Virus record (IMG/VR): IMGVR_UViG_3300031418_000007
From: a virus
Lineage: Duplodnaviria > Caudoviricetes
DNA: 64,000 nt
Strand: one strand, 5' to 3'
Shown here: piece by piece, positions 16,943-24,776 of the stretch
How the letters are laid out: every line of letters begins with the position of its first letter
How positions within the stretch are numbered: the first letter of the stretch is position 1
Program-made: the position numbers and the translations under genes
Notes under the pieces: model-generated
What the model saw: the letters and a program-made list of their open reading frames with translations, nothing else
What the model was told of the DNA's origin: nothing
Database searches by the model: none

Positions 16943-17536
16943 ATGGCGGACGAACAACAAACATCTATCATTGAAAATCAACCCGGCGGAGAAACTTACC
17001 CCGAAACCATTTACCTTGTACAAGAAGGTGACGCGGTTAAGGGTGGGGCAGAAGGCATCGCTAATAAACAGGCAACGGGCTTAGCAAAACGTTGTCAGTG
17101 GTTACGTGCGGTACTGATACAGTTCAACGGTATCGTCGGTTCGTTGATGGCCCAGATCATTTCAGGTGATGTTACAGCAGCAGGTTCCGGCGTAGGAAAT
17201 ACCGTTTCCAACAGCATGGTAAATTGTTCGGTTGAAAATGTGTCTGCCACCATGTGTCAGATTGCACTCACCTCCCTTACTGATCCCTACACTGCCGATG
17301 TTTACATCAAACATATCAAGGCGGTGGGCGGACAAGACCTTATACGGAAAACCGGGTTAGTACTGGATGTCAACGTAAAGGTTAATTTATTTGACGAGGC
17401 AATCTCGTTTGATGATCTGGTGGAAGTCATGGTTTACCTTACTGACTCTAAAGGTGCTGAGTTTAAATTCAGCGCAGCGGAAAACGGTAAGCGCGTACAA
17501 ATTTGGGGGCGTTCTTTGACGTATATCCCAGCGTAA
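16943..17536 (+). CDS. Short tail-fibre-like protein
   Basis: IYLVQEGDAVKGGAEGIANKQATGLAKRCQWLR, paralogous to the N-terminus of the 1-535 fibre. Confidence 0.65.
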   Translation: MADEQQTSIIENQPGGETYPETIYLVQEGDAVKGGAEGIANKQATGLAKRCQWLRAVLIQFNGIVGSLMAQIISGDVTAAGSGVGNTVSNSMVNCSVENVSATMCQIALTSLTDPYTADVYIKHIKAVGGQDLIRKTGLVLDVNVKVNLFDEAISFDDLVEVMVYLTDSKGAEFKFSAAENGKRVQIWGRSLTYIPA

Positions 17537-17563
17537 TATTCGGTTATCAATGCAAAAAAGAAA

Positions 17564-17593
17564 ATACTAGATCGGGGCTTCCCGATCTAGTAT
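17564..17593. terminator. Bidirectional terminator between convergent genes
   Basis: atactagatcggg-gctt-cccgatctagtat. Confidence 0.75.
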
Positions 17594-17606
17594 ACCTACC
17601 TTACCT

Positions 17607-18176
17607 TTAGGATAATTTCTTTTCAATTGCACGAGCAACGATGTAACCCATGGCGTCATTGCTGATCACCGCCGTGTTGTACTCTACGTACACAGCCACG
17701 CCTCGGTGTTCATATTTACCCACACGGTGAAAATCAGAGTGTGCATCGACCACAGTAGGATGAACGCGGTAAACAAACACGAGTTCACTGCCTGTGCTGC
17801 AAGGACAATAAATGCCGTCCTCTCGTCGCGCAAATGAACCAAACCCGGAACACACCAGATCCCAGATGTCTTCTTCTATATCTCGATCATCAAGGAAGCT
17901 CTTGGGTTGGGCGTTTGCTAGCAACAGTTGCTCTCGCGTTTTAAAGCGACGACTGATCTCGGTTAGCAACTGACGTTCAACAAGTTCATCAAGTGACTCG
18001 TTGATATCACTGCAACGTGACAAGGCTTTGATGAAACGACGGATTTGGTTCTTGGCCATGACATTGTTGCTAGGAGTAGGATTGCTCTGCTCCCATAGTG
18101 CAATAATACCCTTCTGAATTTCGAACTTGTGCTTAAAGGATTTAAACTGAACGGTAAACGAGGACGTGGCTTTCAT
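17607..18176 (-). CDS. Hypothetical protein
   Basis: 189-aa ORF, AAGGA RBS. Confidence 0.6.
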   Translation of the reverse strand: MKATSSFTVQFKSFKHKFEIQKGIIALWEQSNPTPSNNVMAKNQIRRFIKALSRCSDINESLDELVERQLLTEISRRFKTREQLLLANAQPKSFLDDRDIEEDIWDLVCSGFGSFARREDGIYCPCSTGSELVFVYRVHPTVVDAHSDFHRVGKYEHRGVAVYVEYNTAVISNDAMGYIVARAIEKKLS

Positions 18177-18178
18177 GG

Positions 18179-18808
18179 TTATTCCTTTTTGACCATCTGA
18201 GTGGTTAAGGCGTTTCGGTTAGATAAGGAGAACTTATCTTTCCCCAGTGACATCAGTGTTTTTTCTTCAGTGATAGCAACAACATGAGGTTGAATCTTTT
18301 CAAGGTCCTGAGTAATCTTCAGGAAACTTTCGCTGAGCTGATCTTCCACTGACGCAATATTGAGGTCTTCACCGTGGGTCATGTAATAACCGTAGAATGC
18401 CAACGTGTCTTCGTTATACGCTTCGTTGGTTTTGAACAACGCCTCACGCATCTCTTTCAGTAGGAATTCGCCGTCACGCCCCATGATTCCAAGGTTGGCA
18501 TCTTGAATCACCAGAGAGGTTGGAATCACCTCGATGCCTTCTTCTGTTTTGAAGTAGTGCATGGCAACCATAGTCCAGGGACGTGTCTGAATACATAACC
18601 AATCAAAAGCATGTTGTTGAGCAATGCGGAGGTCACTGCCTTTGAGGTGTTGGGCTAACTCAGCAAAGTGGAATGCGGTAGGGAGATGGTTCATGTCACC
18701 AATCACATGGAACTTGCCCATGACAACACGCAGTACGCTGATGATGTGCGCGGTAATACGTTTGGATTGCGGTTTTACTGCTTTACGGGGTTTCTTGTTA
18801 CCAGCCAT
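18179..18808 (-). CDS. Hypothetical protein with MAGNKKPRK basic N-terminus
   Basis: AAGGA RBS; preceded by the TATATGTATATTGAC motif. Confidence 0.65.
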   Translation of the reverse strand: MAGNKKPRKAVKPQSKRITAHIISVLRVVMGKFHVIGDMNHLPTAFHFAELAQHLKGSDLRIAQQHAFDWLCIQTRPWTMVAMHYFKTEEGIEVIPTSLVIQDANLGIMGRDGEFLLKEMREALFKTNEAYNEDTLAFYGYYMTHGEDLNIASVEDQLSESFLKITQDLEKIQPHVVAITEEKTLMSLGKDKFSLSNRNALTTQMVKKE

Positions 18809-18843
18809 TATAATAATCCTTATATGGAGTCAATATACATATA

Positions 18844-18873
18844 TAACTAACTAGGGAATTCCCTAGTTAGTTA
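18844..18873. repeat. 30-bp perfect palindrome, probable terminator
   Basis: taactaactagggaattccctagttagtta is its own reverse complement. Confidence 0.8.
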
Positions 18874-18877
18874 AAAG

Positions 18878-19111
18878 TTATGCAGAGAAAATGTGTCGAT
18901 CAAGAGCAGGTTCAATGACCTTACGCAGGCAGTTTTCAACCGTAGCATAGTTCAGTGAATGTTTCTTACAAAACTGATCCAGCGCAATGTACAAAGCCTG
19001 TATATCAGTCATCGCGTCGAGTTGTTCTTTGTGTTGGGCAAAGAACTCGTCAATCTTTTCTTGCGGGTTATCGCGGATGCCTTTGTTTGCAATACAATCA
19101 AGCATCAACAA
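18878..19111 (-). CDS. Hypothetical protein
   Basis: 77-aa ORF overlapping the upstream gene. Confidence 0.55.
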   Translation of the reverse strand: MLMLDCIANKGIRDNPQEKIDEFFAQHKEQLDAMTDIQALYIALDQFCKKHSLNYATVENCLRKVIEPALDRHIFSA

Positions 19112-19442
19112 CTTCCTTTTCTTTCTGTGCTTCAGCTTTGGCCTTGGCAGCTAACGCTTCTTTCAGAAAGATATCGAACTGCGCACGGTTATGCACTTTC
19201 CCGCTGAGGGTGAACAGCACATCATCGTTGTCGTTCAGAATCAGCACCGCCAAAGAGGCAGGAAGATTTGCCGACAGTTGACCTGGGCGGGTAATGCGCT
19301 GAACATCTTCTACACGTATTGGGTTAGAGCTTGATACCCACTTGCCGTCTTCCTTTACGAACACTACGTGCGTGATTGGTTCCTGTTCCATGCGTGGGTA
19401 GGGTTTGTATTCTTTCTTCCGGTACTGCAATGTATTTTTCAT
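19098..19442 (-). CDS. Hypothetical protein
   Basis: 114-aa ORF. Confidence 0.6.
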   Translation of the reverse strand: MKNTLQYRKKEYKPYPRMEQEPITHVVFVKEDGKWVSSSNPIRVEDVQRITRPGQLSANLPASLAVLILNDNDDVLFTLSGKVHNRAQFDIFLKEALAAKAKAEAQKEKEVVDA

Positions 19443-19483
19443 AAAGGAATCTCTCAGTGGTAATCACAACATAACATAGGTGA

Positions 19484-19909
19484 TCATCCAGCCATTAATC
19501 TGAACGTGACATAGCCCGCGATAAATAGAGCAATGAGGACGACACCCGCCACCGACATGGCAATGGTGTTTAATCTCTCTTTGCGCTTTCTGGCCTTTAC
19601 CCGGAGACGGTAATTGTCCACGGTTTCATCAAGAGTTGTTATCAACCCCTGGGTGCGATTACACAGGCTTTCAACACGGTTGATTTCACCCATCAACTCA
19701 TTAGCGGTGGGGGTCATCTTTTTGCGGTTCTTTAAGCCCACGGAATATTCTTCAAGCAGTGCCTGACCATCATCAATGAGTTTTCCTACTTTGTAAATGT
19801 AAGTCCACTCTTCTACCAGGTTTTTGATCTTTTTAGCGAACTGGTCAGAGAGTTCAGCAAAACGAGAATCACACTCCTGGAGTTTCTTCTCAGGTGTAAA
19901 CAACGCCAT
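19484..19909 (-). CDS. Tail-anchored membrane protein
   Basis: Helical/coiled-coil body with a C-terminal TM segment IAMSVAGVVLIALFIAGYV. Confidence 0.65.
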   Translation of the reverse strand: MALFTPEKKLQECDSRFAELSDQFAKKIKNLVEEWTYIYKVGKLIDDGQALLEEYSVGLKNRKKMTPTANELMGEINRVESLCNRTQGLITTLDETVDNYRLRVKARKRKERLNTIAMSVAGVVLIALFIAGYVTFRLMAG

Positions 19910-19911
19910 AA

Positions 19912-20325
19912 CTATCTCCCAAAGAAATAAACAAACAAACCAATGACAGCCGCGATCGCAACCATATAGGGGAAATTACTTTTACCGACATCTTTCCCTT
20001 CTTCAGGAAGGGGTCGTGTCTTGGTATGGGCAATTTCTCCGTGCAGGTGAGTAATGGCGCGCGCCAACACAGGTATGACGTGTTCTACATCGACCAACGC
20101 ATCTACCTTAGCCTGCGTTCTTCCTGACAGGATAGCGTTGTTTACGGCGCTGTGGGTGTCGTTCTTCAGAGTCAGCGCAATCAACAGCAGGTCTTCGGTA
20201 ATCCGGTTATCAAGGATGTGGGTAAAGTGCGGATGTTCTCTTACCTCATCAATGAGATTATCGAGAACGTCTGCTTTCTGTAGGAAAAACGAATAACGAG
20301 CCTTAAGGTGGTGGTCGATGTCCAT
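19912..20325 (-). CDS. Tail-anchored membrane protein
   Basis: Start MDIDHHL after GAGG; ends YMVAIAAVIGLFVYFFGR. Confidence 0.65.
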   Translation of the reverse strand: MDIDHHLKARYSFFLQKADVLDNLIDEVREHPHFTHILDNRITEDLLLIALTLKNDTHSAVNNAILSGRTQAKVDALVDVEHVIPVLARAITHLHGEIAHTKTRPLPEEGKDVGKSNFPYMVAIAAVIGLFVYFFGR

Positions 20326-20327
20326 AA

Positions 20328-20777
20328 TTACCTCGTGAATAAATAAACAAAGAAACCAATTACGCTCATGAAAGCGACAAGCCCGCAGCATGAATTACAC
20401 AATACATTTAGGGTGTCTTCATCAGTAGTCGGTTTAACTTCATTCAGCGCTCGGGTTTTGGTAAAGTCCGCCTTTAACTCTTCACGAAGTTCGATCATGT
20501 CGTTGACACAACTCGTGACTAAGCTGAGCGCACGTTTATCAATGGCGGGGCGATCTTCCACCGGCGTATCGTGATACGCTGTTACCCTGAGGTCAAATTC
20601 TTTCCAAACGATATCGCCTGCTTGGAAATATTTCTTGAAATCATGAGTGATCTCCAGTGCATTGGTATAACGAACAAATTCCATGATCTCTTTAATTAAT
20701 AAATCGCATTGTTCAGAGAACATATCCATTGCGATTTTTATTTCAACGTTTTCAATGTCAGATGTCTTCTCGTTCAT
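20328..20777 (-). CDS. Tail-anchored membrane protein
   Basis: Start MNEKTSD after GAGG; ends GLVAFMSVIGFFVYLFTR. Confidence 0.65.
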   Translation of the reverse strand: MNEKTSDIENVEIKIAMDMFSEQCDLLIKEIMEFVRYTNALEITHDFKKYFQAGDIVWKEFDLRVTAYHDTPVEDRPAIDKRALSLVTSCVNDMIELREELKADFTKTRALNEVKPTTDEDTLNVLCNSCCGLVAFMSVIGFFVYLFTR

Positions 20778-20898
20778 TAAGTACCTCGGACTGCTTAAAT
20801 ATAAAGAATATTTTCTTAACCCAAATAAAAACTTCAGCAATTAAACCCAAACCTAAAAGGACTGCAAATAACCATAATAATTTTTGTTCACCCGACAT
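20758..20898 (-). CDS. 46-aa single-pass membrane peptide (not in ORF track)
   Basis: MSGEQKLLWLFAVLLGLGLIAEVFIWVKKIFFIFKQSEVLNEREDI, with AGGAG upstream; fills the gap between genes. Confidence 0.5.
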   Translation of the reverse strand: MSGEQKLLWLFAVLLGLGLIAEVFIWVKKIFFIFKQSEVLNEREDI

Positions 20899-20913
20899 CG
20901 ACTGCCTGTTCTC

Positions 20914-21369
20914 CTACTTTGTGAAGTCCAATCTGAAATAGTGGACGTTTTGAATAACCAACCTGCCGCGATCTGACGCATCAGGCATAAACTCGCCGTC
21001 TCCAACCAGCGTAGAGATAAGGGGGAACTCATCTTCTATCATCTGGTTAAAGATCTTTTTCTTGTTACCCCCCGCCATCAGTAAACCATACACGATACCG
21101 CCTCGCACCTTGGTTTTAACCACGGTTGCACAACGGTTGGTTAGAGGCGTGTGGTCTGATAAACGCGGTGAGGTCACAATAGGGATCAAACCATCCGCAA
21201 TCATGCGGGTGAGTTTTTTATAGGTAACGATATGGAGATCAACCGCAACCAAATCCACCAGAGGTAACCAGTGAAGCAGTTTCCCATTATGCAGGGTGGG
21301 GACCAGCTTACCCTTAATCTGGTTACCCATTAACCCACCGCGGGATTTTTCAATCTTCTTTGTCTTCAT
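20914..21369 (-). CDS. Hypothetical protein
   Basis: Probable start MKTKKIEK; overlaps the upstream gene. Confidence 0.5.
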   Translation of the reverse strand: MKTKKIEKSRGGLMGNQIKGKLVPTLHNGKLLHWLPLVDLVAVDLHIVTYKKLTRMIADGLIPIVTSPRLSDHTPLTNRCATVVKTKVRGGIVYGLLMAGGNKKKIFNQMIEDEFPLISTLVGDGEFMPDASDRGRLVIQNVHYFRLDFTK

Positions 21370-21826
21370 CTTGTAATCTGTAGTTAACGTCACTGTCCTT
21401 GTAATCACGAGCTTTCTTGGCAATGGCCTGCCGCTCAAAGACACGGTAACGTAAACCTGCTTTAACCGCTTCCGGTCTTTGCAAGAATTCCATAATCGTG
21501 ATGTTGTGTTTCTTTAGATCGGTTTCAATCAGTGCCGAGAACATGCGGTCCCAATCATTGCCGTCATGAAAGAACAGAGTGATATTTGTTGGCAGTTTAA
21601 CAAACCCGCGCAGTTTACCGAAATCAGAGGTTACACAGAAGGGAATGTTGTTTTTACCGAGACACACAAAGCGCATAGTGCCTGTGCCGTCATCACCCTG
21701 ATAACAGAACCCGTGAGAGATCTGCTTACGATGAGCTACCACGCAGTCATTGAAGTCGTGGTAATAGGCGCTACGGGGTTTGAGCGTATCCAGAGACACC
21801 ACATGAGTATTATCAATGATGATCAT
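21350..21826 (-). CDS. Hypothetical protein
   Basis: 158-aa ORF coupled to the upstream stop (ATGA overlap). Confidence 0.6.
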   Translation of the reverse strand: MIIIDNTHVVSLDTLKPRSAYYHDFNDCVVAHRKQISHGFCYQGDDGTGTMRFVCLGKNNIPFCVTSDFGKLRGFVKLPTNITLFFHDGNDWDRMFSALIETDLKKHNITIMEFLQRPEAVKAGLRYRVFERQAIAKKARDYKDSDVNYRLQDEDKED

Positions 21827-22326
21827 CTTACTTTCCTGATAAGCTTAAGGGATTTAGCATGGAAGACATCGTAATCAGTGGTGACCATGAAGTTATCAAT
21901 AAAAACCATAGCCTTATAGATTTCTTCCGCAGTTAATTTAAGTGAGTCGTAGAAGCGATATGACCCATTAGGTGAGATATAGATGTCGTGCTCTGCGTCA
22001 CGGAAAATAACCTTTTCGTTCTCCCGCACAACGGTGTAGAACGAACGACGTGTTACCAAAACCAGCTTAAAGTCTTGATCGAAATCCAGCGCGGGTTCAT
22101 CGTCACTTAACTTTCCGCTTTCATAACGCCTTATATACAATAACACCGGGTCGAGGATTTCAGGCACCACGTCATTGTCAAACACGTAGGCGATGTCATT
22201 CTCGGGAGTAACGTTGATTTTGGCACCGATGTGTTCGCGGAACTTATTGATGCCTGCGATGTTTTGTTTGTGCACAACCAGGTGGTCAGCGACCAGCGTG
22301 CCTGCACGATAAACGATCAAAGTCAT
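21823..22326 (-). CDS. Ntn-hydrolase/HslV-proteasome-like protein
   Basis: Start MTLIVYRAGTLVAD after GGAGG; resembles the MTTIAY..G.LAAD start and TAEEA...D end of phage HslV-like peptidases. Confidence 0.5.
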   Translation of the reverse strand: MTLIVYRAGTLVADHLVVHKQNIAGINKFREHIGAKINVTPENDIAYVFDNDVVPEILDPVLLYIRRYESGKLSDDEPALDFDQDFKLVLVTRRSFYTVVRENEKVIFRDAEHDIYISPNGSYRFYDSLKLTAEEIYKAMVFIDNFMVTTDYDVFHAKSLKLIRKVR

Positions 22327-22367
22327 AATGCCTCCAAGTGGAGAGCCGAAGCTCTCCACCGGTTAGA

Positions 22368-22679
22368 TTAACGTTGAGGGAAACGATGTGACATCTGAGA
22401 CATCGCTGGGTGGGACTTCACAGGTGTATCGACACCAGCTTTGGGTTTGGCTTTTGCCACAGTACCTTCTGGTTCCAGGCTCAGCACACCTTCGTGGTAA
22501 TAGAGCTTGTCACCCACGCGCAGCTTGTCCATGGTTTCCTTGTCCACGCTCAGGCGCAGCAGGGCGTCGTTGTAGCCGACATACACTTCATCCGCACCGG
22601 CTTTGCCAGTAACCACAACCGTGGTAGCGAAACGAACTTTACCGTGCTCTTTATCACTGATCTTAATTGCAATAGACAT
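22368..22679 (-). CDS. Hypothetical protein
   Basis: AAGGAG RBS, 103 aa. Confidence 0.6.
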   Translation of the reverse strand: MSIAIKISDKEHGKVRFATTVVVTGKAGADEVYVGYNDALLRLSVDKETMDKLRVGDKLYYHEGVLSLEPEGTVAKAKPKAGVDTPVKSHPAMSQMSHRFPQR

Positions 22680-22688
22680 GATGTCTCC

Positions 22689-22889
22689 TTAATAATGACG
22701 GGTATCCAACAGCTGTCGGATTCTTTCTTTAATGATGACTTGTTCGTACTCAGTACCAAGCCATCCCATTTTGCTAAACACAACGGTAGCCGTTCCATTG
22801 GTATTGAAGAAGATGTTTTTAATCTTGACTTCAACTTCACGTGTTTCCCGCTGGACTTTGAATTTCAAGCCAGGAATAGAAAACACCAT
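22689..22889 (-). CDS. Hypothetical protein
   Basis: Probable start MVFSIPG after GAGG; start uncertain. Confidence 0.4.
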   Translation of the reverse strand: MVFSIPGLKFKVQRETREVEVKIKNIFFNTNGTATVVFSKMGWLGTEYEQVIIKERIRQLLDTRHY

Positions 22890-22959
22890 CGCCTCAATGA
22901 TGTCACGCCAGTGCACAGACAACTGGGTATAGGGAACAGTAACGACTAGACAAGAACTA

Positions 22960-23253
22960 TCACCAGTACTCAACATGTTCAATTTCCCCCTTCCAGTTAG
23001 TAGACAGATCGAAGGAGTGTGTGTAATTAGGTGGAATATCCATATCAACGATCAAGGTGTTGCTACGCTTCTTGTCATTGAAGCGCAGGCTTACAACAGT
23101 CCCCACGTTTTCTTTACCTACCTTGGAGGTATAACGCTTGGCGTTAAAGATCGGCAGTCCCTCGGGAGAATTGATCTTTTCCCGGAGCTGACGTTTAAGA
23201 GTGGGTGTCAGTTTATTGTGCGACAAGTTTAATTTACTTTTGAACAAAGCCAT
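22960..23253 (-). CDS. Hypothetical basic protein
   Basis: First gene after the promoter motif at 23298. Confidence 0.6.
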   Translation of the reverse strand: MALFKSKLNLSHNKLTPTLKRQLREKINSPEGLPIFNAKRYTSKVGKENVGTVVSLRFNDKKRSNTLIVDMDIPPNYTHSFDLSTNWKGEIEHVEYW

Positions 23254-23297
23254 CTTTATAACCCCTATACAAAGTTTTATTGTTGGAATACATCATA

Positions 23298-23306
23298 GTA
23301 ATATAG
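23298..23306 (-). promoter_or_regulatory. Putative early promoter core CTATATTAC
   Basis: ATTTAAATTCAAACCTATATTAC on the minus strand, closely matching the phiKZ early promoter layout. Confidence 0.75.
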
Positions 23307-23334
23307 GTTTGAATTTAAATAACAACGCATAAAA

Positions 23335-23364
23335 AAGCCCCACCGGGTTTCCCCAGTAAGGCTT
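23335..23364 (-). terminator. Intrinsic terminator with GAAA loop
   Basis: aagccttactgggg-aaa-cccggtggggct followed by a T run. Confidence 0.7.
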
Positions 23365-23380
23365 GATTTAATTGCAGGTG

Positions 23381-23800
23381 TTAAGTCGTGAGCTTGTGTT
23401 CTTTAATTTCTTCTAAGATACCGAGTGCCATCTGCTGCTGCTGTGCTAACTGAGCCACAGCCTTTGTCAGAACCAGCTCAAGGTTCCGGCTCAACTCAAT
23501 TTCCATGTAGTCGGGAGCGGCCTTCAACGTTTGGATTGCCACCAACAGTTCTTGTAGGGTGTGTTTAAAACTGTCATCCACTTCGACTTCATACTTGGCT
23601 TGCTGCTTTTGTACTTGCTCGAAGTAAATTTCAATCACACCTAGAAGCTCTGCCTGATTACGTTCCAGACATTGTCGTAATTCGTTACTCAGTTCTTTAC
23701 GGAAACGTTTCGCTAATAAGGACGGCAGCAGCTTATAACGAAACCACTCTACCACCACCAACATTGCCATAACCGCCAGAATCCCTTTTACAAATTCCAT
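23381..23800 (-). CDS. N-terminally anchored coiled-coil membrane protein
   Basis: GILAVMAMLVVVEWF followed by a heptad-rich region. Confidence 0.6.
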   Translation of the reverse strand: MEFVKGILAVMAMLVVVEWFRYKLLPSLLAKRFRKELSNELRQCLERNQAELLGVIEIYFEQVQKQQAKYEVEVDDSFKHTLQELLVAIQTLKAAPDYMEIELSRNLELVLTKAVAQLAQQQQMALGILEEIKEHKLTT

Positions 23801-23830
23801 ATACTACCCCCTAAGTAACAGTCGAGCCAA

Positions 23831-23911
23831 TCAGATAAAGAAATGACGAAACAAGAAACCGAAGATCACACCCACGACAATGTAAACAATAACAGTCAAG
23901 GCCATGGTCAT
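23831..23911 (-). CDS. 26-aa membrane peptide (not in ORF track)
   Basis: MTMALTVIVYIVVGVIFGFLFRHFFI with an AAGGA RBS. Confidence 0.5.
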   Translation of the reverse strand: MTMALTVIVYIVVGVIFGFLFRHFFI

Positions 23912-23952
23912 GACACGTTCCTTATAATGAGCTGCGGTATACAGCATAGTAT

Positions 23953-24084
23953 TTAGTGACACGTAGTCCGAGGGGAACGGAATACATAAAGCGCGTATCG
24001 AGCGTAATCTGAATAGGGGTCAATGTCAACAATGACACCATTGATTTTAATCGTTATCAGGCCAGAGAAAAAGATTCCAAACAT
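23953..24084 (-). CDS. 43-aa hypothetical peptide (not in ORF track)
   Basis: MFGIFFSGLITIKINGVIVDIDPYSDYARYALYVFRSPRTTCH; weak RBS. Confidence 0.3.
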   Translation of the reverse strand: MFGIFFSGLITIKINGVIVDIDPYSDYARYALYVFRSPRTTCH

Positions 24085-24116
24085 AGTCCACTCGACAAAA
24101 AAATAAAGAAAAGGAA

Positions 24117-24138
24117 GAGGGGAGCCGAAGCCCCCATC
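24117..24138 (-). terminator. Intrinsic terminator with UUCG loop
   Basis: gggggc-ttcg-gctcccc followed by a long pyrimidine/T tract. Confidence 0.75.
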
Positions 24139-24140
24139 TA

Positions 24141-24614
24141 TTATAATACAACAACCGCCTTGCGTGGTTTGTAACTGACGTTCAGAACACGGAAGACATT
24201 ACCTTCTTTGTCTACTGTGTGACAGAGTTTAAAGTCCATCTCTTCTTTCTTGTCAATTGCATCGCGCAGCTCGCGGTACTTGGGACCGAAAGGGCGGATC
24301 ACTGCGGTGACTTCACCCTGCTTGCCATCGGTGCTTCCGTTCATATGAATCTTAACTTCATCGATCTTGAAGCCGGTGGCAGGGAATGGGACTTCATGGA
24401 ACTGACAGTATTCCACATCAGCATTAACACCCGGCTGGGTGCCGTGGTTGGTACTAACAAAGCCGCTGCGCAGAATACGCGTAAAAGTCTGACGAAGATC
24501 AGTGGCGAGTTTTACGCCGTGATCCTTGCCGCCTTTGCGGTTATCAAACAGAACCACGCGGAAACCTTTCTCGCTCTCGCTTACTGCAACTTCTTCTTTG
24601 ATCTTCATGAACAT
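24141..24614 (-). CDS. Degenerate prohead-protease-like protein
   Basis: VTAVIRPFGPKYRELRDAID...DFKL resembles the G.IKP.GPYG..L...L...FSIR segment of phiKZ gp175-type proteases; the HP and FSIRS motifs are absent. Confidence 0.45.
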   Translation of the reverse strand: MFMKIKEEVAVSESEKGFRVVLFDNRKGGKDHGVKLATDLRQTFTRILRSGFVSTNHGTQPGVNADVEYCQFHEVPFPATGFKIDEVKIHMNGSTDGKQGEVTAVIRPFGPKYRELRDAIDKKEEMDFKLCHTVDKEGNVFRVLNVSYKPRKAVVVL

Positions 24615-24776
24615 GGTAGTGCCTCTTGACTAGTTAATAAGAATATCTAAAAAAGAACCCCCTACAATAATGGGGGCGAACCTAATAGGTGGCTCTCAGG
24701 GGTTTTGTCCTGTTCTTATTTAGATACTCTCCTTAATAATAGGCGGAGCAGTTAAAAACCACTCCGCCACCGTTTA

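Noticed and set aside
24650-24720. Hammerhead ribozyme or TPP/c-di-GMP riboswitch in the structured leader
   Set aside because: CTGAGAG does not fit the CUGANGA core, there is no matching GAAA arm, and the riboswitch consensus blocks are missing.
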